64,000 nt of DNA from Candidatus Micrarchaeota archaeon (GCA_013425335.1 JACCLG010000050.1:17532-81531); one strand, 5' to 3'. Counted from the first letter of the stretch, positions 10,007 to 20,488 are shown. The notes: a model not told the origin generated them from the letters alone. Numbers and translations: made by a program.

Positions 10007-11530
10007 TCACTCGTACTTTTCCAGTATGACCTTCTGCATCTCCACTGCCTCCATAGTTCTTGAAAGCTCAAGCGCCATGGTGAGTTTTGTTTCGCTCTCT
10101 GCAATGATGTCAAACAGCACATCGCCAACCTTCACCTTGTCCCCCTGCTTGACATGCATGTACACCCCGGCACCCTTGCTCTTTGGGGCTCCTGCAGTCC
10201 TGGCGATTCTGGATATAATCCTGTTGTCAACGTGATGTATCCTGCCCTCCTTCTCCGACTTCACCTCTGCCTTGAAGTTGCCAATGGGTATGTCATCCAC
10301 TTTCACCTTCGGGTTCCCGCCCTGGGCCTCTATTATCTCCCTCATCTTCTCCAGCGCCTTTCCGGATTTCAGTATGTCGGTTGCGACTGCATAGCCCTTG
10401 CCCTTCTCCACCTTGCCGCACAGCTCAAGCAGGGCTCCTGCGAGCACCAGCGACTTCTCAGTGAGGTCTGCCGGGCCGTCCCCCTGCAGCACTCTCAGCA
10501 CATCCCTCGCCTCAAGAGCCGGACCTATGCCGTTGCCGATGGGCCCGTTCCCAACAGTTATGTAGCACTCAACCTTCATATTCAGTTTCTTACCAATCTC
10601 CAGGAAATCCTTGGCCAGCCCGTTCGCAATGCGCGTGTCCTCTATCTTCGCACCTCTCCCGACAGGTATGTCTATAACAACGTATTCAGCTCCTACAGAC
10701 TTCTTCTTTGCCAGTATGCTTGCCAGCAGCACTCCTTTCGGGTCAAGTCTCATGGAATTCCTTATCCTTATCAGCTTGTCGTCTGCAGCTGCAAGGTCCA
10801 TTGCTCCTCCCCACACGATGCACCCGTGGGTCTTGAGCACGACATTCTTCATCTCATCAAGCTTGAAAGTCACAGGAGCCAGCACCTCCATTGTATCCGC
10901 GGTGCCTGCAGGAGACGTGATTGACCTTGCCGAGGTTTTCGGTATGTAAAGGCCAGCTGCAGCTATTATCGGGACAAGAATCATTGTAGTCCTGTTCCCT
11001 GCAACCCCGCCTGAGCAGTGCTTATCCACAACCGGGTGCACCCCCAAATCCAGTATGCTTCCTGAACCGACAATTGCATTTGTGAGGTAAACAGTCTCAT
11101 CGTTGCTCAAGCCCCTTATGTACAGAGAAGTAACAAATGAGGCGAGCTCAGTCTCGCTGAGCTTGTTCTCCATAATTTCGTCTATGACAGTCTTTATCTC
11201 CTCATCCCCCAGGCTCCCCCCGTCCATTTTCTTCTTTATAATCTCAATTGAGGCAGGGTTGCTTGTTATGCTCACCTCAATCATGTCGCCTCTCTTCGCG
11301 CCTATGCCGCAGGAAGTGTCTGAAAAAAGCCCTATCTCCCCCCTTTTCACAAGCGTGTCGCTGGAGTCGACAATTGCGGTGCATCTCTTCTCCCCGTTCT
11401 TCAGCGAAACCCTGTCCCCTATAATCATATCCATATCATGTGCCTCATCCTCATTGAGCACGACAATATCCTTCCCGGTCTCAATGTCAAATGTCCTGGC
11501 TTTCAGAACATAGCTTCCTTTCTCAACCAT
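10007..11530 (-). CDS. deoA: AMP phosphorylase (thymidine phosphorylase family)
   Basis: VDKHCSGGVAGN, PKTSARSITSPAGTAD; N-terminal extension typical of AMPpase; adjacent to R15P isomerase. Confidence 0.93.
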   Translation of the reverse strand: MVEKGSYVLKARTFDIETGKDIVVLNEDEAHDMDMIIGDRVSLKNGEKRCTAIVDSSDTLVKRGEIGLFSDTSCGIGAKRGDMIEVSITSNPASIEIIKKKMDGGSLGDEEIKTVIDEIMENKLSETELASFVTSLYIRGLSNDETVYLTNAIVGSGSILDLGVHPVVDKHCSGGVAGNRTTMILVPIIAAAGLYIPKTSARSITSPAGTADTMEVLAPVTFKLDEMKNVVLKTHGCIVWGGAMDLAAADDKLIRIRNSMRLDPKGVLLASILAKKKSVGAEYVVIDIPVGRGAKIEDTRIANGLAKDFLEIGKKLNMKVECYITVGNGPIGNGIGPALEARDVLRVLQGDGPADLTEKSLVLAGALLELCGKVEKGKGYAVATDILKSGKALEKMREIIEAQGGNPKVKVDDIPIGNFKAEVKSEKEGRIHHVDNRIISRIARTAGAPKSKGAGVYMHVKQGDKVKVGDVLFDIIAESETKLTMALELSRTMEAVEMQKVILEKYE

Positions 11531-11538
11531 GCTACCAC

Positions 11539-12459
11539 CTAGTACAACTTTTCAATTCCTTCCCTCATGACAACATTCAGCAGGCTTTGCGGGGTTATGA
11601 CACCCATCTCGGTTATGTAAGCAGTAAGGTATCTTGCAGGGGTGACGTCAAATGCCGGGTTCCTCACCTCAACTCCCTTCAGCTTCTTTGGGTTTGTTAT
11701 CTCCTCAGGGCTCCTCTCCTCTATCCTCTCAATTCCGCCCCACAGGGTGAGGGGGTCGAACTTAAAGGTCTCCGCAGCAGAGTACATCCCTACACCATGC
11801 TCATGGGCTATCATTGCAATTCCGCATGTGCCAATCTTGTTGATTAAGTCCCCTTTTGCAGTTATTGCATCTGCCCCAACCACAACAGCATCAACATCCT
11901 TCATGAAATGGCTCACTGCAGAGTCGACTATGAGGGTGACCTTCAAGCCTGCCCTGCTGAGCTCTTTTGCCGTAATCAAACCTTGGAATCTGGGCCTCGT
12001 CTCGGTGCATATCACCTCCATGCCCTTGCTCAGCTCATTTGCCCTTTCAAGTATAGACACCACAGAGCTGCTGTGGCAGTGAGTGAGTATCACAGAGCTT
12101 CCTGAGAGCTCCCTTCCCCCGTACTCGGCTATCCTCTCCTCATCCCTCTTCATCCTCCTGAAATACTCCAGCTCCTCCTTTTCAACAAGCTTCCTGAGCT
12201 CTACAACGTCCCCCTTGCTCCTCCTCATGTGCGCAAAAAGAGCTCTCAGAGCATTTCTGAGCATGGGCTCTGTAGGCCTTGCTGAAGCCAGCTCGTCAGC
12301 TGCAACAAGGAACTCATTCACAAGCTCCTCCCTGCTTTCTGCCTTGGATTTTCTGGCAATGACGCCCATTGCTGCCATTGCCGCCTTTGCGACATTCCTG
12401 GCTCCCTGTATCCTGAGCCTCTTTATATCCTTTCTTATCCTCTCAACCTCTCTCTGCAA
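11539..12459 (-). CDS. Ribose-1,5-bisphosphate isomerase (eIF2B family)
   Basis: IQGA, RPTEP, THCHSS, ETRP, GADA, NKIGT, NPAFDVTP motifs. Confidence 0.92.
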   Translation of the reverse strand: MQREVERIRKDIKRLRIQGARNVAKAAMAAMGVIARKSKAESREELVNEFLVAADELASARPTEPMLRNALRALFAHMRRSKGDVVELRKLVEKEELEYFRRMKRDEERIAEYGGRELSGSSVILTHCHSSSVVSILERANELSKGMEVICTETRPRFQGLITAKELSRAGLKVTLIVDSAVSHFMKDVDAVVVGADAITAKGDLINKIGTCGIAMIAHEHGVGMYSAAETFKFDPLTLWGGIERIEERSPEEITNPKKLKGVEVRNPAFDVTPARYLTAYITEMGVITPQSLLNVVMREGIEKLY

Positions 12460-12501
12460 ATTACCACCGTTGAATAAAATTATGCCTGCGCTATTTAAAA
12501 A

Positions 12502-12708
12502 TTAAGGGGCTTTGCGCATCTGTTTTATGAATTTTTTATATTCTTTTTCATCATCAAAAATTATGGGCATGGCCTTCTTCTTGCATCTCTCGCAGTAGTA
12601 CATTCCCGACATTTCAGATGCGCCCGGGACTCCTCCCTCACGCAGCGAAAATGCCCTTATCCTCAGGCTGCCGCATCTGGGGCATGCCCTTATTCTCCTG
12701 TCGCTCAT
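12502..12708 (-). CDS. Small zinc-ribbon protein
   Basis: CPRC...CERC pairs, AGGAG RBS. Confidence 0.75.
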   Translation of the reverse strand: MSDRRIRACPRCGSLRIRAFSLREGGVPGASEMSGMYYCERCKKKAMPIIFDDEKEYKKFIKQMRKAP

Positions 12709-12776
12709 AAACAGCTCCTTCGTTATTGTATTTTACCACAATATTCTTAAGCTATAAAATTAAAAATACTGATGCA

Positions 12777-13514
12777 ATGGCAATAAAGGTTCAAGCAGCC
12801 CTGGAATCAGAAGCCACTTATGCAGAATTTGTAATGAAGAGAAAAGATGATGAGTGGAGCGGCACAGCTGAAGAAAAAGTTGAAAAAGAGACTAGAAACA
12901 GAACTTTGAACGTAAAATACGTCAAGGGCGGGGGGGCAGACCTGACTGAAACAACCAGATACCGCAATGCACAGGGAGAGGTAGGGACTGTGGTGAAAAA
13001 GATGCACATCAACCCGGGAGGCAGAGCTGGCTGGGCCGATATTGAATTCATTTTCGGCGGTTGGAAATATCCCATACATATTGAAGTGCAGAAAGAGGAC
13101 GAGCGCATTGACAAGTCATCGCCTGACATAGTGAAAACTGACTTCGGCACTAAAAAAATAGAGGGCAGAACTAAACTCTTTAGTGGGAAAGGGACTATTC
13201 TCGGCTCCCAGCAGGATTCAATATACGCCACTCTGTCAAACAAGGACAACCTAATCTGCTACACAGAGACAATTGATGGGGCCATAAGCGCAACCAGGAT
13301 AACCATTCATCTGGAAAGGCGGTATAATCATGAGAGCAAGGCACTTGAATCAATCTCAGCCGACATATCAGTGGCTGACGGCGTTGCAAAACTTGCGCTT
13401 GATGCATCCCTGCATATTGATTCTGAGAAAGACAAATTTCTTAACTTCCTTTCCCAGCAGCCGGTTGACAGCTGGAGGAGGGAGATGGAGCTGAGGACGG
13501 GAAATCTTGGGTGA
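12777..13514 (+). CDS. Hypothetical protein
   Basis: Long ORF with upstream TATA; no recognisable motif. Confidence 0.6.
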   Translation: MAIKVQAALESEATYAEFVMKRKDDEWSGTAEEKVEKETRNRTLNVKYVKGGGADLTETTRYRNAQGEVGTVVKKMHINPGGRAGWADIEFIFGGWKYPIHIEVQKEDERIDKSSPDIVKTDFGTKKIEGRTKLFSGKGTILGSQQDSIYATLSNKDNLICYTETIDGAISATRITIHLERRYNHESKALESISADISVADGVAKLALDASLHIDSEKDKFLNFLSQQPVDSWRREMELRTGNLG

Positions 13515-13571
13515 AAACCGAAAGCATATAAAGCTTAATATATTAAAAGTTGTATCACAAGAGGGGATACT

Positions 13572-14633
13572 TTGATTGAGCAAAATTTTGTTTCTAAGGA
13601 TGATGAGGAGCTGCTGAAGTTCATAGAGAGCTCAGCTCCCAAAATCTATGTGGTTGGGACAGGAGGCGGAGGCTGCAACACGCTCAACAGGATATTCGAG
13701 GTGGGGATAGAGGGTGCGTCGGTCATAGCAATGAATACGGATGCCCACCACCTTGTCAAGACGAGGGCGGACAAGAAGCTTCTGCTTGGGAAGAACACCA
13801 CAAAGGGATTGGGAGCAGGCAGCAACCCAACAGTCGGTGAGGAGGCTGCAAAGGAGAGCAAGGATGAGATTGCCAAGATTATACAAAACGCACAGATGGT
13901 TTTTGTGACATGCGGGCTTGGAGGAGGCACCGGCACGGGAAGCGCCCACATAATAGCCGAGCAGGCAAAGAACGTTGGTGCTCTAACCATTGCTGTGGTT
14001 ACGCTGCCCTTCCTCTCCGAGGGAAAGGTGAGGAGGGCCAATGCTCTGGAAGGGTTGAACAAGCTCAAGAGGCAGGTTGACACTGTCATAGTCATACCGA
14101 ACGACAAGCTGCTCGCCATAGTGCCCGACTTGCCGCTCAATACTGCTTTCAAGGTTGCAGATGAGGTGCTTGCAAGCTCTGTGAAGGGCATAACCTCGCT
14201 TGTCACGAAGGTCGGGCTGGTGAACCTGGATTTTGCAGATTTGAAGACTATTCTCAAGGATGCCGGCTGTGCAGTGATAGGGTTCGGCGAGTCAGCTGCC
14301 AATGCAAAGCCTGATGAGAGGGCGGTAACTGCCGTTGAAAATGCGCTGAACAGCCCGCTGCTTGACACGGACATCTCCGAGGCAAACAAGGCCCTGGTCA
14401 ACGTCACAGGAGGGGCGGATATGACCCTGCGCGAGGCTGAGCTCATCATAGAGGAGATTTCAAAGAGGATTCACCCGAATTCTCACATCATATGGGGCGC
14501 CCGCATAGAGCCTGAGACGAACAAATCAACCCTGAAGGTTCTCGTAGTTATCGCCGGGGCAAAGCTTCCCAATTACGATAAAATCGATGTTAAGACAGAG
14601 TCTCCTGAAATAGACCTTGACTCCATAATATAG
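13572..14633 (+). CDS. ftsZ: Cell division protein FtsZ
   Basis: GGGGCN, tubulin signature GGGTGTG, NLDFAD; context with secE-spt5. Confidence 0.97.
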   Translation: MIEQNFVSKDDEELLKFIESSAPKIYVVGTGGGGCNTLNRIFEVGIEGASVIAMNTDAHHLVKTRADKKLLLGKNTTKGLGAGSNPTVGEEAAKESKDEIAKIIQNAQMVFVTCGLGGGTGTGSAHIIAEQAKNVGALTIAVVTLPFLSEGKVRRANALEGLNKLKRQVDTVIVIPNDKLLAIVPDLPLNTAFKVADEVLASSVKGITSLVTKVGLVNLDFADLKTILKDAGCAVIGFGESAANAKPDERAVTAVENALNSPLLDTDISEANKALVNVTGGADMTLREAELIIEEISKRIHPNSHIIWGARIEPETNKSTLKVLVVIAGAKLPNYDKIDVKTESPEIDLDSII

Positions 14634-14641
14634 GTGCTTGC

Positions 14642-14833
14642 ATGTCCGTATTAGACCAGGCAAAAGAATTCATACAGAAGGCAATGAGGGTGCTCAGGGT
14701 ATCCTACAGGCCTACCTCTGACGAGTTCTACACCACGCTAAAGATTACCGGGCTGGGCATGATACTCATAGGCATGGTTGGTTATGTTCTGACCATCATA
14801 TTCGGCTTTCTTGAAAAGGGTGGAAAATCTTGA
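14642..14833 (+). CDS. secE: Protein translocase subunit SecE/Sec61-gamma
   Basis: RVLRVSYRPTSDEF followed by a TM; conserved ftsZ-secE-spt5 order. Confidence 0.9.
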   Translation: MSVLDQAKEFIQKAMRVLRVSYRPTSDEFYTTLKITGLGMILIGMVGYVLTIIFGFLEKGGKS

Positions 14834-15270
14834 TATTTGTATACCGCGTGACAGCAGGGCAGGAGAAAGTGGTAGTTGATGTGCTGAGGAATAAGCTAAG
14901 GAAGGACAACCTGCCAATATATGCAATTGCGCTCCTCGAGGACATGAGGGGCTACCTAATACTTGAGGCAGAGGACGAGGTTGTTGCAAGGCAGGCAGCC
15001 ATGAGGATACCGCACATAAAAGGGGTGCTGGCAAAGAGCATGGGCATAGAAGAGATAGCCCCGCTCATTGAGACGAGGACGACAAAGCTGCAGATAGCCA
15101 AAGGAGACGTGGTTGAGCTCGTAAGCGGGCCGTTCAAGGGTGAAAAGGCGAGGATAATAAAGATAGACGAATCAAAGGATGAGGTGACTGTCGAGCTGCT
15201 TGAAGTCGCAGTCCCGATTCCTGTCACTATAAAGATAAACATTGTCAAGGTATACCAGAAAGCGGAGTGA
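14830..15270 (+). CDS. spt5: Transcription elongation factor Spt5
   Basis: NGN domain (GQE..V, GYLILE) and KOW motif GDVVELVSGPFKGEKA. Confidence 0.95.
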   Translation: MIFVYRVTAGQEKVVVDVLRNKLRKDNLPIYAIALLEDMRGYLILEAEDEVVARQAAMRIPHIKGVLAKSMGIEEIAPLIETRTTKLQIAKGDVVELVSGPFKGEKARIIKIDESKDEVTVELLEVAVPIPVTIKINIVKVYQKAE

Positions 15271-15280
15271 GGTGTTCAAA

Positions 15281-15757
15281 TTGGACAAGATAACCGTGCA
15301 GGCGCTTGTTGACGGAGGAAAGGCAACTCCAGGCGCTCCTTTAGGACCGACTCTCGGGCCTCTCGGCGTTAACATAGGGCAGATTGTTGCAACTATAAAC
15401 GAGAAAACAAAGAACTTTGAAGGGATGAAAATCCCTGTGAAAGTTATTGTTGACAAGGACAGCAAGACTTTTGAAATTGAGGTTGGAACCCCGCCCGCCA
15501 GCGCGCTCATAAAGAAGGAGCTGGGCATAGCGCTCGGTGCAAAGGCAAAAGGCGAAATTGTGGGGAATCTCACCATGGAGCAGGCTGTGAAGGTTGCAAA
15601 GATGAAGGGAGAGGTGAGCCTTGCCAAGGGCCTGAAGGCAACTGTGAACGAGATTCTTGGGACATGCGTCAGCATGGGAGTCACCTGCGAAGGCAAGAGC
15701 CCCAAGGAAGTCATAAAGGAAGTGAATGAGGGAAAGCACGACAAGCTTCTTTCCTAA
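15281..15757 (+). CDS. rpl11: 50S ribosomal protein L11
   Basis: GGKATPGAPLGPTLG, GTPPASALIKKELG; TTG start after GAGGTG. Confidence 0.96.
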   Translation: MDKITVQALVDGGKATPGAPLGPTLGPLGVNIGQIVATINEKTKNFEGMKIPVKVIVDKDSKTFEIEVGTPPASALIKKELGIALGAKAKGEIVGNLTMEQAVKVAKMKGEVSLAKGLKATVNEILGTCVSMGVTCEGKSPKEVIKEVNEGKHDKLLS

Positions 15758-16476
15758 ACCTTCTTCTCTGCAACTAGGAACCAGTCACGCAGTAGGAGCG
15801 ACTGCCCGCCGACAATCGCATTTGCAGTTTCATGCCTCCACTCTTTGACTGTGAAGTTTTTCTCCAGCAGCTTTTTATAATTCTCAAAATCTTCATAATC
15901 AAAGAAGTTTCTCGGGAGTCCGCTCAGGCCATCTCTTTCAAAGCCGACAAGCATGACTGTTTTTGAAGATTTAAACTGCTTAATTCCGAGCTCGTATAAA
16001 TCGCTCTTAGTGGAGGGGAATGCTGCAATGAGAACTCCTCCATTTTTGAGAACCCTCTCTATCTCACTGAGGCATTTTTCCACGTCATCTCTCTTGAGGA
16101 ATGAGACAGTTCTGAAAAATATTGCCCCGTCAAAGCTCCCATCCTTGTATGGCAGATTCACAGCATCCGCTATAATCTGCTCCCCCTTCAGGTCATGCTC
16201 CTTCTTCTCCTCCTTTATCAGCTCATGAACTTTTTTTGAAAAATCAAGAGGAGTCACCTCAATCCCCCTTGCGGCAAGCGCAATAACGTACTTGCCTGTG
16301 CCGGGCCCTATATCAAGAATTTTCGACCCTTCTTTCAAATATCTCCAGGCAGCTTCCAGGACACAACGGCTCGTGGTGTCCCTGCCGTTTCTCAGCTCGG
16401 CTATTTCATCCCAGCTTTTCCTCACATCAGGGCTTGAGAACCCATCCTCAAAAGAATTTTCCTTCAGCTTTTTCAT
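15754..16476 (-). CDS. Class I SAM-dependent methyltransferase
   Basis: ILDIGPGTG, ADAVNLPYKDGSFD, ERVLKNGG. Confidence 0.9.
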   Translation of the reverse strand: MKKLKENSFEDGFSSPDVRKSWDEIAELRNGRDTTSRCVLEAAWRYLKEGSKILDIGPGTGKYVIALAARGIEVTPLDFSKKVHELIKEEKKEHDLKGEQIIADAVNLPYKDGSFDGAIFFRTVSFLKRDDVEKCLSEIERVLKNGGVLIAAFPSTKSDLYELGIKQFKSSKTVMLVGFERDGLSGLPRNFFDYEDFENYKKLLEKNFTVKEWRHETANAIVGGQSLLLRDWFLVAEKKV

Positions 16477-16565
16477 GCTCTAATTCTGGATTTTTAAGTA
16501 TAAAAAGCATCCTGAAATCATCAGTATATTTATATTAACAACTTCTATAATGAATTGGTGTGCCA

Positions 16566-18236
16566 ATGAGGAAGCTTTTCTTAATACTGCTCTTAATGCC
16601 TCTTCTGGCAGCGCAGCAGTCTGTCGGAAGGGAGGGTCTCAAATGGGTGTTCAGCACAGACGACTACGTCATCTCCTCCCCAGCAGTACACAATGGTGTT
16701 GTATTCTTCGGCTCTGCAGACGGCTACTTTTATGCGCTTAACTCGACAAATGGAACTCCCCTCTGGACATACGGGAGGGTCGGCAGGATACAAACCTCGC
16801 CTGCAGTCTCCGATGAGATGGTCTTCTTCGGCTCAAACGACGGATACCTTTATGCCCTTTTACTCAACGGGACGCTTGCATGGAAGTTCCAGACGGACGA
16901 CATAATTCTCTCCTCTCCAGCCTTGTCAAGCGGCATGGTCTTCTTCGGCTCAAACGATGGATACCTTTATGCCCTTTTACTCAACGGGACGCTTGCATGG
17001 AAGTTCCAGACAGGTAACAAAATAATATCCAGCCCCGCGTATGATTACGGGCTCCTTTACTTCGGCTCCACAGACGGCACCTTGTACGCATTTGACCCGT
17101 ATGCTGGAAGGATGCTGTGGAACTACACCGGAGAGGCGGCATTTGCCTCGTCACCCATAACATCAAACTGGATTGTGTACGCTGGCTCTGATGACGGCAC
17201 TCTCTACGCCTTCAATGCTTTCAATGGGACAGTTGTCTGGAAGCAGAAATACCCCGGCAAAATCCAGTCCAACTTTGCAATTTCGCCAAGTAACATATTG
17301 TATTTCTCCTGCAAGGACGGCAACATATATGCAGTCTACGCAGCCGACGGCAGCAAGTCCTGGAACATAACCACCGGAACTGAGGCGCAGTCGTCAGTGC
17401 ACTACGATGCCGACTCCGGCTTCAGCTATTTTGGAACCAGCGACAATAATCTCTACGCTGCGGATCCCCAGGGCCATATAGCATGGAGATTTGAAACAGG
17501 CAACTGGGTCATCTCAACCCCTCTCGATTACCGCGGAATACTTTATGTCGGCTCCTATGACGGGAATCTCTACGCCATATCTACAATACGCACCAGCTTC
17601 GCCTACAGCGAGATGAACGTCACCGGTCCTTTCGCTTCCATCAACGGCACATCCTACGCAGATACGGGCGTAAAATACGTTCAGGTCAGGTTCAACGAGG
17701 GGGAGTGGGAGAATGCCAGCGGGACAACGAGCTGGAGCTACACATGGAATGCATCCTCATTTAAGAACGGCGGGTATACCTTTGAGGCAAGAAGCATTGA
17801 CAATCTCAGCAATGCTGAGCTTCCGCCGTATTCCAGCTCCCTTGTCCGGCTCCAAAGCGTTGTCAGGAAGGAGATGATAGTATCGTATACCGCAACAGCC
17901 GTGGTTGGGCTGCCCATAAAGTTTGAAGTTAATGACAGTGACGGAAACCCAGTGCCGTATCCTGAAGTGACAATTTTCGGCAAGATATACCTTGGGGACA
18001 AGAACGGGGTTGTTGCCGCTGATGAGAAAGGCAACCCGATAAAATCCGATGCGGAGGGGCAGTTCAACTTCACTGTCAGCAAGCAGGGTTATATAACGCA
18101 GGAACGCACCCTGAAAGTTGAGAAGCTTGTAGACGCGCTTCCATACATTCTGGCTAGCATCGCAGTGCCGCTTGCCATCCTTCTGCCTTTGGCGTATCTG
18201 CTCATAAGGAAGCTGAGTAGCAGGAGGAAGCAATAG
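16566..18236 (+). CDS. Secreted PQQ-like (BamB-type) beta-propeller protein with Ig-like domains and C-terminal TM anchor
   Basis: Eight 'SSP....VFFGS.DG.LYA...W' repeats; signal peptide; C-terminal TM. Confidence 0.9.
   Translation: MRKLFLILLLMPLLAAQQSVGREGLKWVFSTDDYVISSPAVHNGVVFFGSADGYFYALNSTNGTPLWTYGRVGRIQTSPAVSDEMVFFGSNDGYLYALLLNGTLAWKFQTDDIILSSPALSSGMVFFGSNDGYLYALLLNGTLAWKFQTGNKIISSPAYDYGLLYFGSTDGTLYAFDPYAGRMLWNYTGEAAFASSPITSNWIVYAGSDDGTLYAFNAFNGTVVWKQKYPGKIQSNFAISPSNILYFSCKDGNIYAVYAADGSKSWNITTGTEAQSSVHYDADSGFSYFGTSDNNLYAADPQGHIAWRFETGNWVISTPLDYRGILYVGSYDGNLYAISTIRTSFAYSEMNVTGPFASINGTSYADTGVKYVQVRFNEGEWENASGTTSWSYTWNASSFKNGGYTFEARSIDNLSNAELPPYSSSLVRLQSVVRKEMIVSYTATAVVGLPIKFEVNDSDGNPVPYPEVTIFGKIYLGDKNGVVAADEKGNPIKSDAEGQFNFTVSKQGYITQERTLKVEKLVDALPYILASIAVPLAILLPLAYLLIRKLSSRRKQ
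16818..17011 (+). repeat. 77-bp direct repeat inside the beta-propeller gene (16818-16894 and 16935-17011)
   Basis: The copies differ at one synonymous position (GAC/GAT) and have a 117-bp period. Confidence 0.9.
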
Positions 18237-18284
18237 ATTTAGAGGCAAAACAGGTTTAAATAGCAAGTAAGGCATAATTTAGGC

Positions 18285-18899
18285 ATGGTTGAAAAGGTAA
18301 CGAATTCAACGGAAAAGCGGCTTAGGAATATTCTTAAAGACCGAGAACTGTACGGAGATTATGGTAAGAAGCTGCTTTTGATGGAGGGAGAGAAAAAGCC
18401 GCCTTTTGAAACTGTTGTAAATGCAATTCCTTTTTTTAAGGAGCACGGAGTCAAAAAAATAATAGACATCGGGTGCGGCATTGGCAGGCACTCTCTCCTA
18501 TTTGCAAGGGAAGGGTTTGATGCCACTGCCTTCGACCTTTCGAAGGTAGCGCTTGAGGCAGTAGAGAAAAGAGCCAGGGAGGAGAAGCTTGAAAACGTCC
18601 ACACTCTTCAAGGGGATGCTTGGAAAATTCCAGCTCAGGATGGAGCCTTTGACGCCGCGCTGAGCTTTCGCGTGTTGGATGCACCCTTTTATACGACTGA
18701 GGATAGGAAAGAGGCTATAAAGGAAATGGCAAGGGTTCTAAAGCCAGGCGGTGATGCGTTAGTTGTGCTGGCTTTGCCGAAGAAGGAGTTGGATGAGCTT
18801 CTGGAAACGTTCAAAGACGCCAAACTTCAAGTAACCAGTGTAGCTCTGCCTGCTGAAATATTCGTCGATTTCTGGGTCATTAAAGCTAAGAAAGAATAG
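18285..18899 (+). CDS. Class I SAM-dependent methyltransferase
   Basis: IIDIGCGIGRH, GDAWKIP, ARVLKPGG. Confidence 0.9.
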   Translation: MVEKVTNSTEKRLRNILKDRELYGDYGKKLLLMEGEKKPPFETVVNAIPFFKEHGVKKIIDIGCGIGRHSLLFAREGFDATAFDLSKVALEAVEKRAREEKLENVHTLQGDAWKIPAQDGAFDAALSFRVLDAPFYTTEDRKEAIKEMARVLKPGGDALVVLALPKKELDELLETFKDAKLQVTSVALPAEIFVDFWVIKAKKE

Positions 18900-18997
18900 C
18901 TTGTTGATTCTCAAAACCACCGATATATTTATATTCCTTACTTGGCATAATCATTCCACTCATTTTCCCGTTTACTGCTCTAAGCAGGAGGGGTGAA

Positions 18998-19630
18998 ATG
19001 GACAGGCAAAAGATATTGGATGCATTGAAAAAGGCTCTAGAAGACAAGGGCAAGAAAAAGTTCACGCAGAGCGTAGAGCTTGCAATTAATTTCAGGGATA
19101 TTGACTTCAACAAGCAGGAGAACAGGCTCAACCTGGAAGTTGTCCTGCCGAAAGGCAAGGGAAGGGAGCAGAAAGTTGCTGTTTTTGCAGATGGGCAGAT
19201 GGCGCTTGAGGCCAAGAAGCTCAATCTCACGCTCATAAGCACTGAGGAGCTGCCGAAACTTGCCGCAGACAAGGCAAGGCTGAAGAGCATGCTCAATTAC
19301 GAATTCCTTGCTCAGCCAAACCTCATGGCAGTTGTTGCAAAGAATCTCGGGCAGGTGCTTGGAATCAAGGGGAAGCTGCCGAGGCCTCTCATGGGAGTGA
19401 AGCTTGAGGAGGCTGTTGAGAGGGCAAAGAAGGTTGTGAGGATAAAGAGCAAGGGCAAGTACCTTCCTGTTGCGCACTGCCTTGTAGGGACAGAAAATAT
19501 GGCTCCTGAGGATATTGCAGACAATATTGAGGCGGTGCTGGATGCTGTAAAGGCAAAGACAGGCGAGCAGAGGATTAAATCAATTTTTGTCAAGCTTACA
19601 ATGGGCAAATCCCAGAAGATTGGTGAATGA
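18998..19630 (+). CDS. rpl1: 50S ribosomal protein L1
   Basis: KKFTQSVELAINFRDID, C-terminal VKLTMG. Confidence 0.96.
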   Translation: MDRQKILDALKKALEDKGKKKFTQSVELAINFRDIDFNKQENRLNLEVVLPKGKGREQKVAVFADGQMALEAKKLNLTLISTEELPKLAADKARLKSMLNYEFLAQPNLMAVVAKNLGQVLGIKGKLPRPLMGVKLEEAVERAKKVVRIKSKGKYLPVAHCLVGTENMAPEDIADNIEAVLDAVKAKTGEQRIKSIFVKLTMGKSQKIGE

Positions 19631-20472
19631 AGATGAGCGAGGAGAGCCTGAAGCAGAAGAAGGAGTTCGTCTCAAGCCTAGCGGAGAGGATAAAGAAGTT
19701 CAAGGTTATCGCGGTTGCTGACATAAGAAACTATCCAGACAAGCACCTGCAGGCACTAAGGAAGAAGCTGAGGGGAAAGGCAGATATGATTGTCGCAAAG
19801 AATTCCCTCATACAGAGGGCTCTTGAGAAGGCCGGGAAGGGGACTGAACTGGCAAGCGCAATGACAGGCCCCACAGCACTTATACTCACAGATATGAACC
19901 CGTTCCAGCTCTACAGGCTTGTGAAGCAGGGCAAGGGGAAGGCAGCTGCAAAGCCAGGGCAGATAGCGCCCTATGATATAATTATACCCGCCGGCGAAAC
20001 CTCGCTTCCGCCAGGGCCTGTGCTCTCCGAGCTCAAGCAGGGAGGAGTCAACGCACAGATTAAGGGGGGCAAGGTTTTCATTGCAACCGACTCTGTTGTG
20101 GCAAAGGCAGGTCAGAAGATAACCGATGCAGCCTCAAAAGCGTTGCAGAAGCTGGGAATTGAGCCGTTTGAGATAATGCTGAACATCCATGCAGCCTGGG
20201 AGGACAGGCTTGTCTACAAGAAGGATGTGCTTGACGTTGATGAGGAGAAGTTCCTTGCAGACCTCAGAAAAGGTGCTTCAGAAGCTCTAAACCTTTCAAT
20301 GAGCGCTTCTTATCCGACAAAGGAGAACATCAAGCTCATGCTACAGAAGGCTTACCTCAACTCAAAAAGCCTTGCAGTGAATGCTGAAATATATGAGAAG
20401 GATGTGATTGACGTAATACTCGCAAAGGCAAACATGCAGGCGGGTGCATTGAAAACAAAAATTGGTGCTTAA
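19627..20472 (+). CDS. rpl10: 50S ribosomal protein L10 (P0)
   Basis: [26 protein letters not shown]; follows rpl1. Confidence 0.95.
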   Translation: MKMSEESLKQKKEFVSSLAERIKKFKVIAVADIRNYPDKHLQALRKKLRGKADMIVAKNSLIQRALEKAGKGTELASAMTGPTALILTDMNPFQLYRLVKQGKGKAAAKPGQIAPYDIIIPAGETSLPPGPVLSELKQGGVNAQIKGGKVFIATDSVVAKAGQKITDAASKALQKLGIEPFEIMLNIHAAWEDRLVYKKDVLDVDEEKFLADLRKGASEALNLSMSASYPTKENIKLMLQKAYLNSKSLAVNAEIYEKDVIDVILAKANMQAGALKTKIGA

Positions 20473-20488
20473 ACCAGGAGGTAATTTT

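Noticed and set aside
13646-14449. Long antisense ORFs such as 13646-14449, 10154-10924, 36405-37274 and 49132-49878
   Set aside because: Shadow frames of well-supported genes on the opposite strand.
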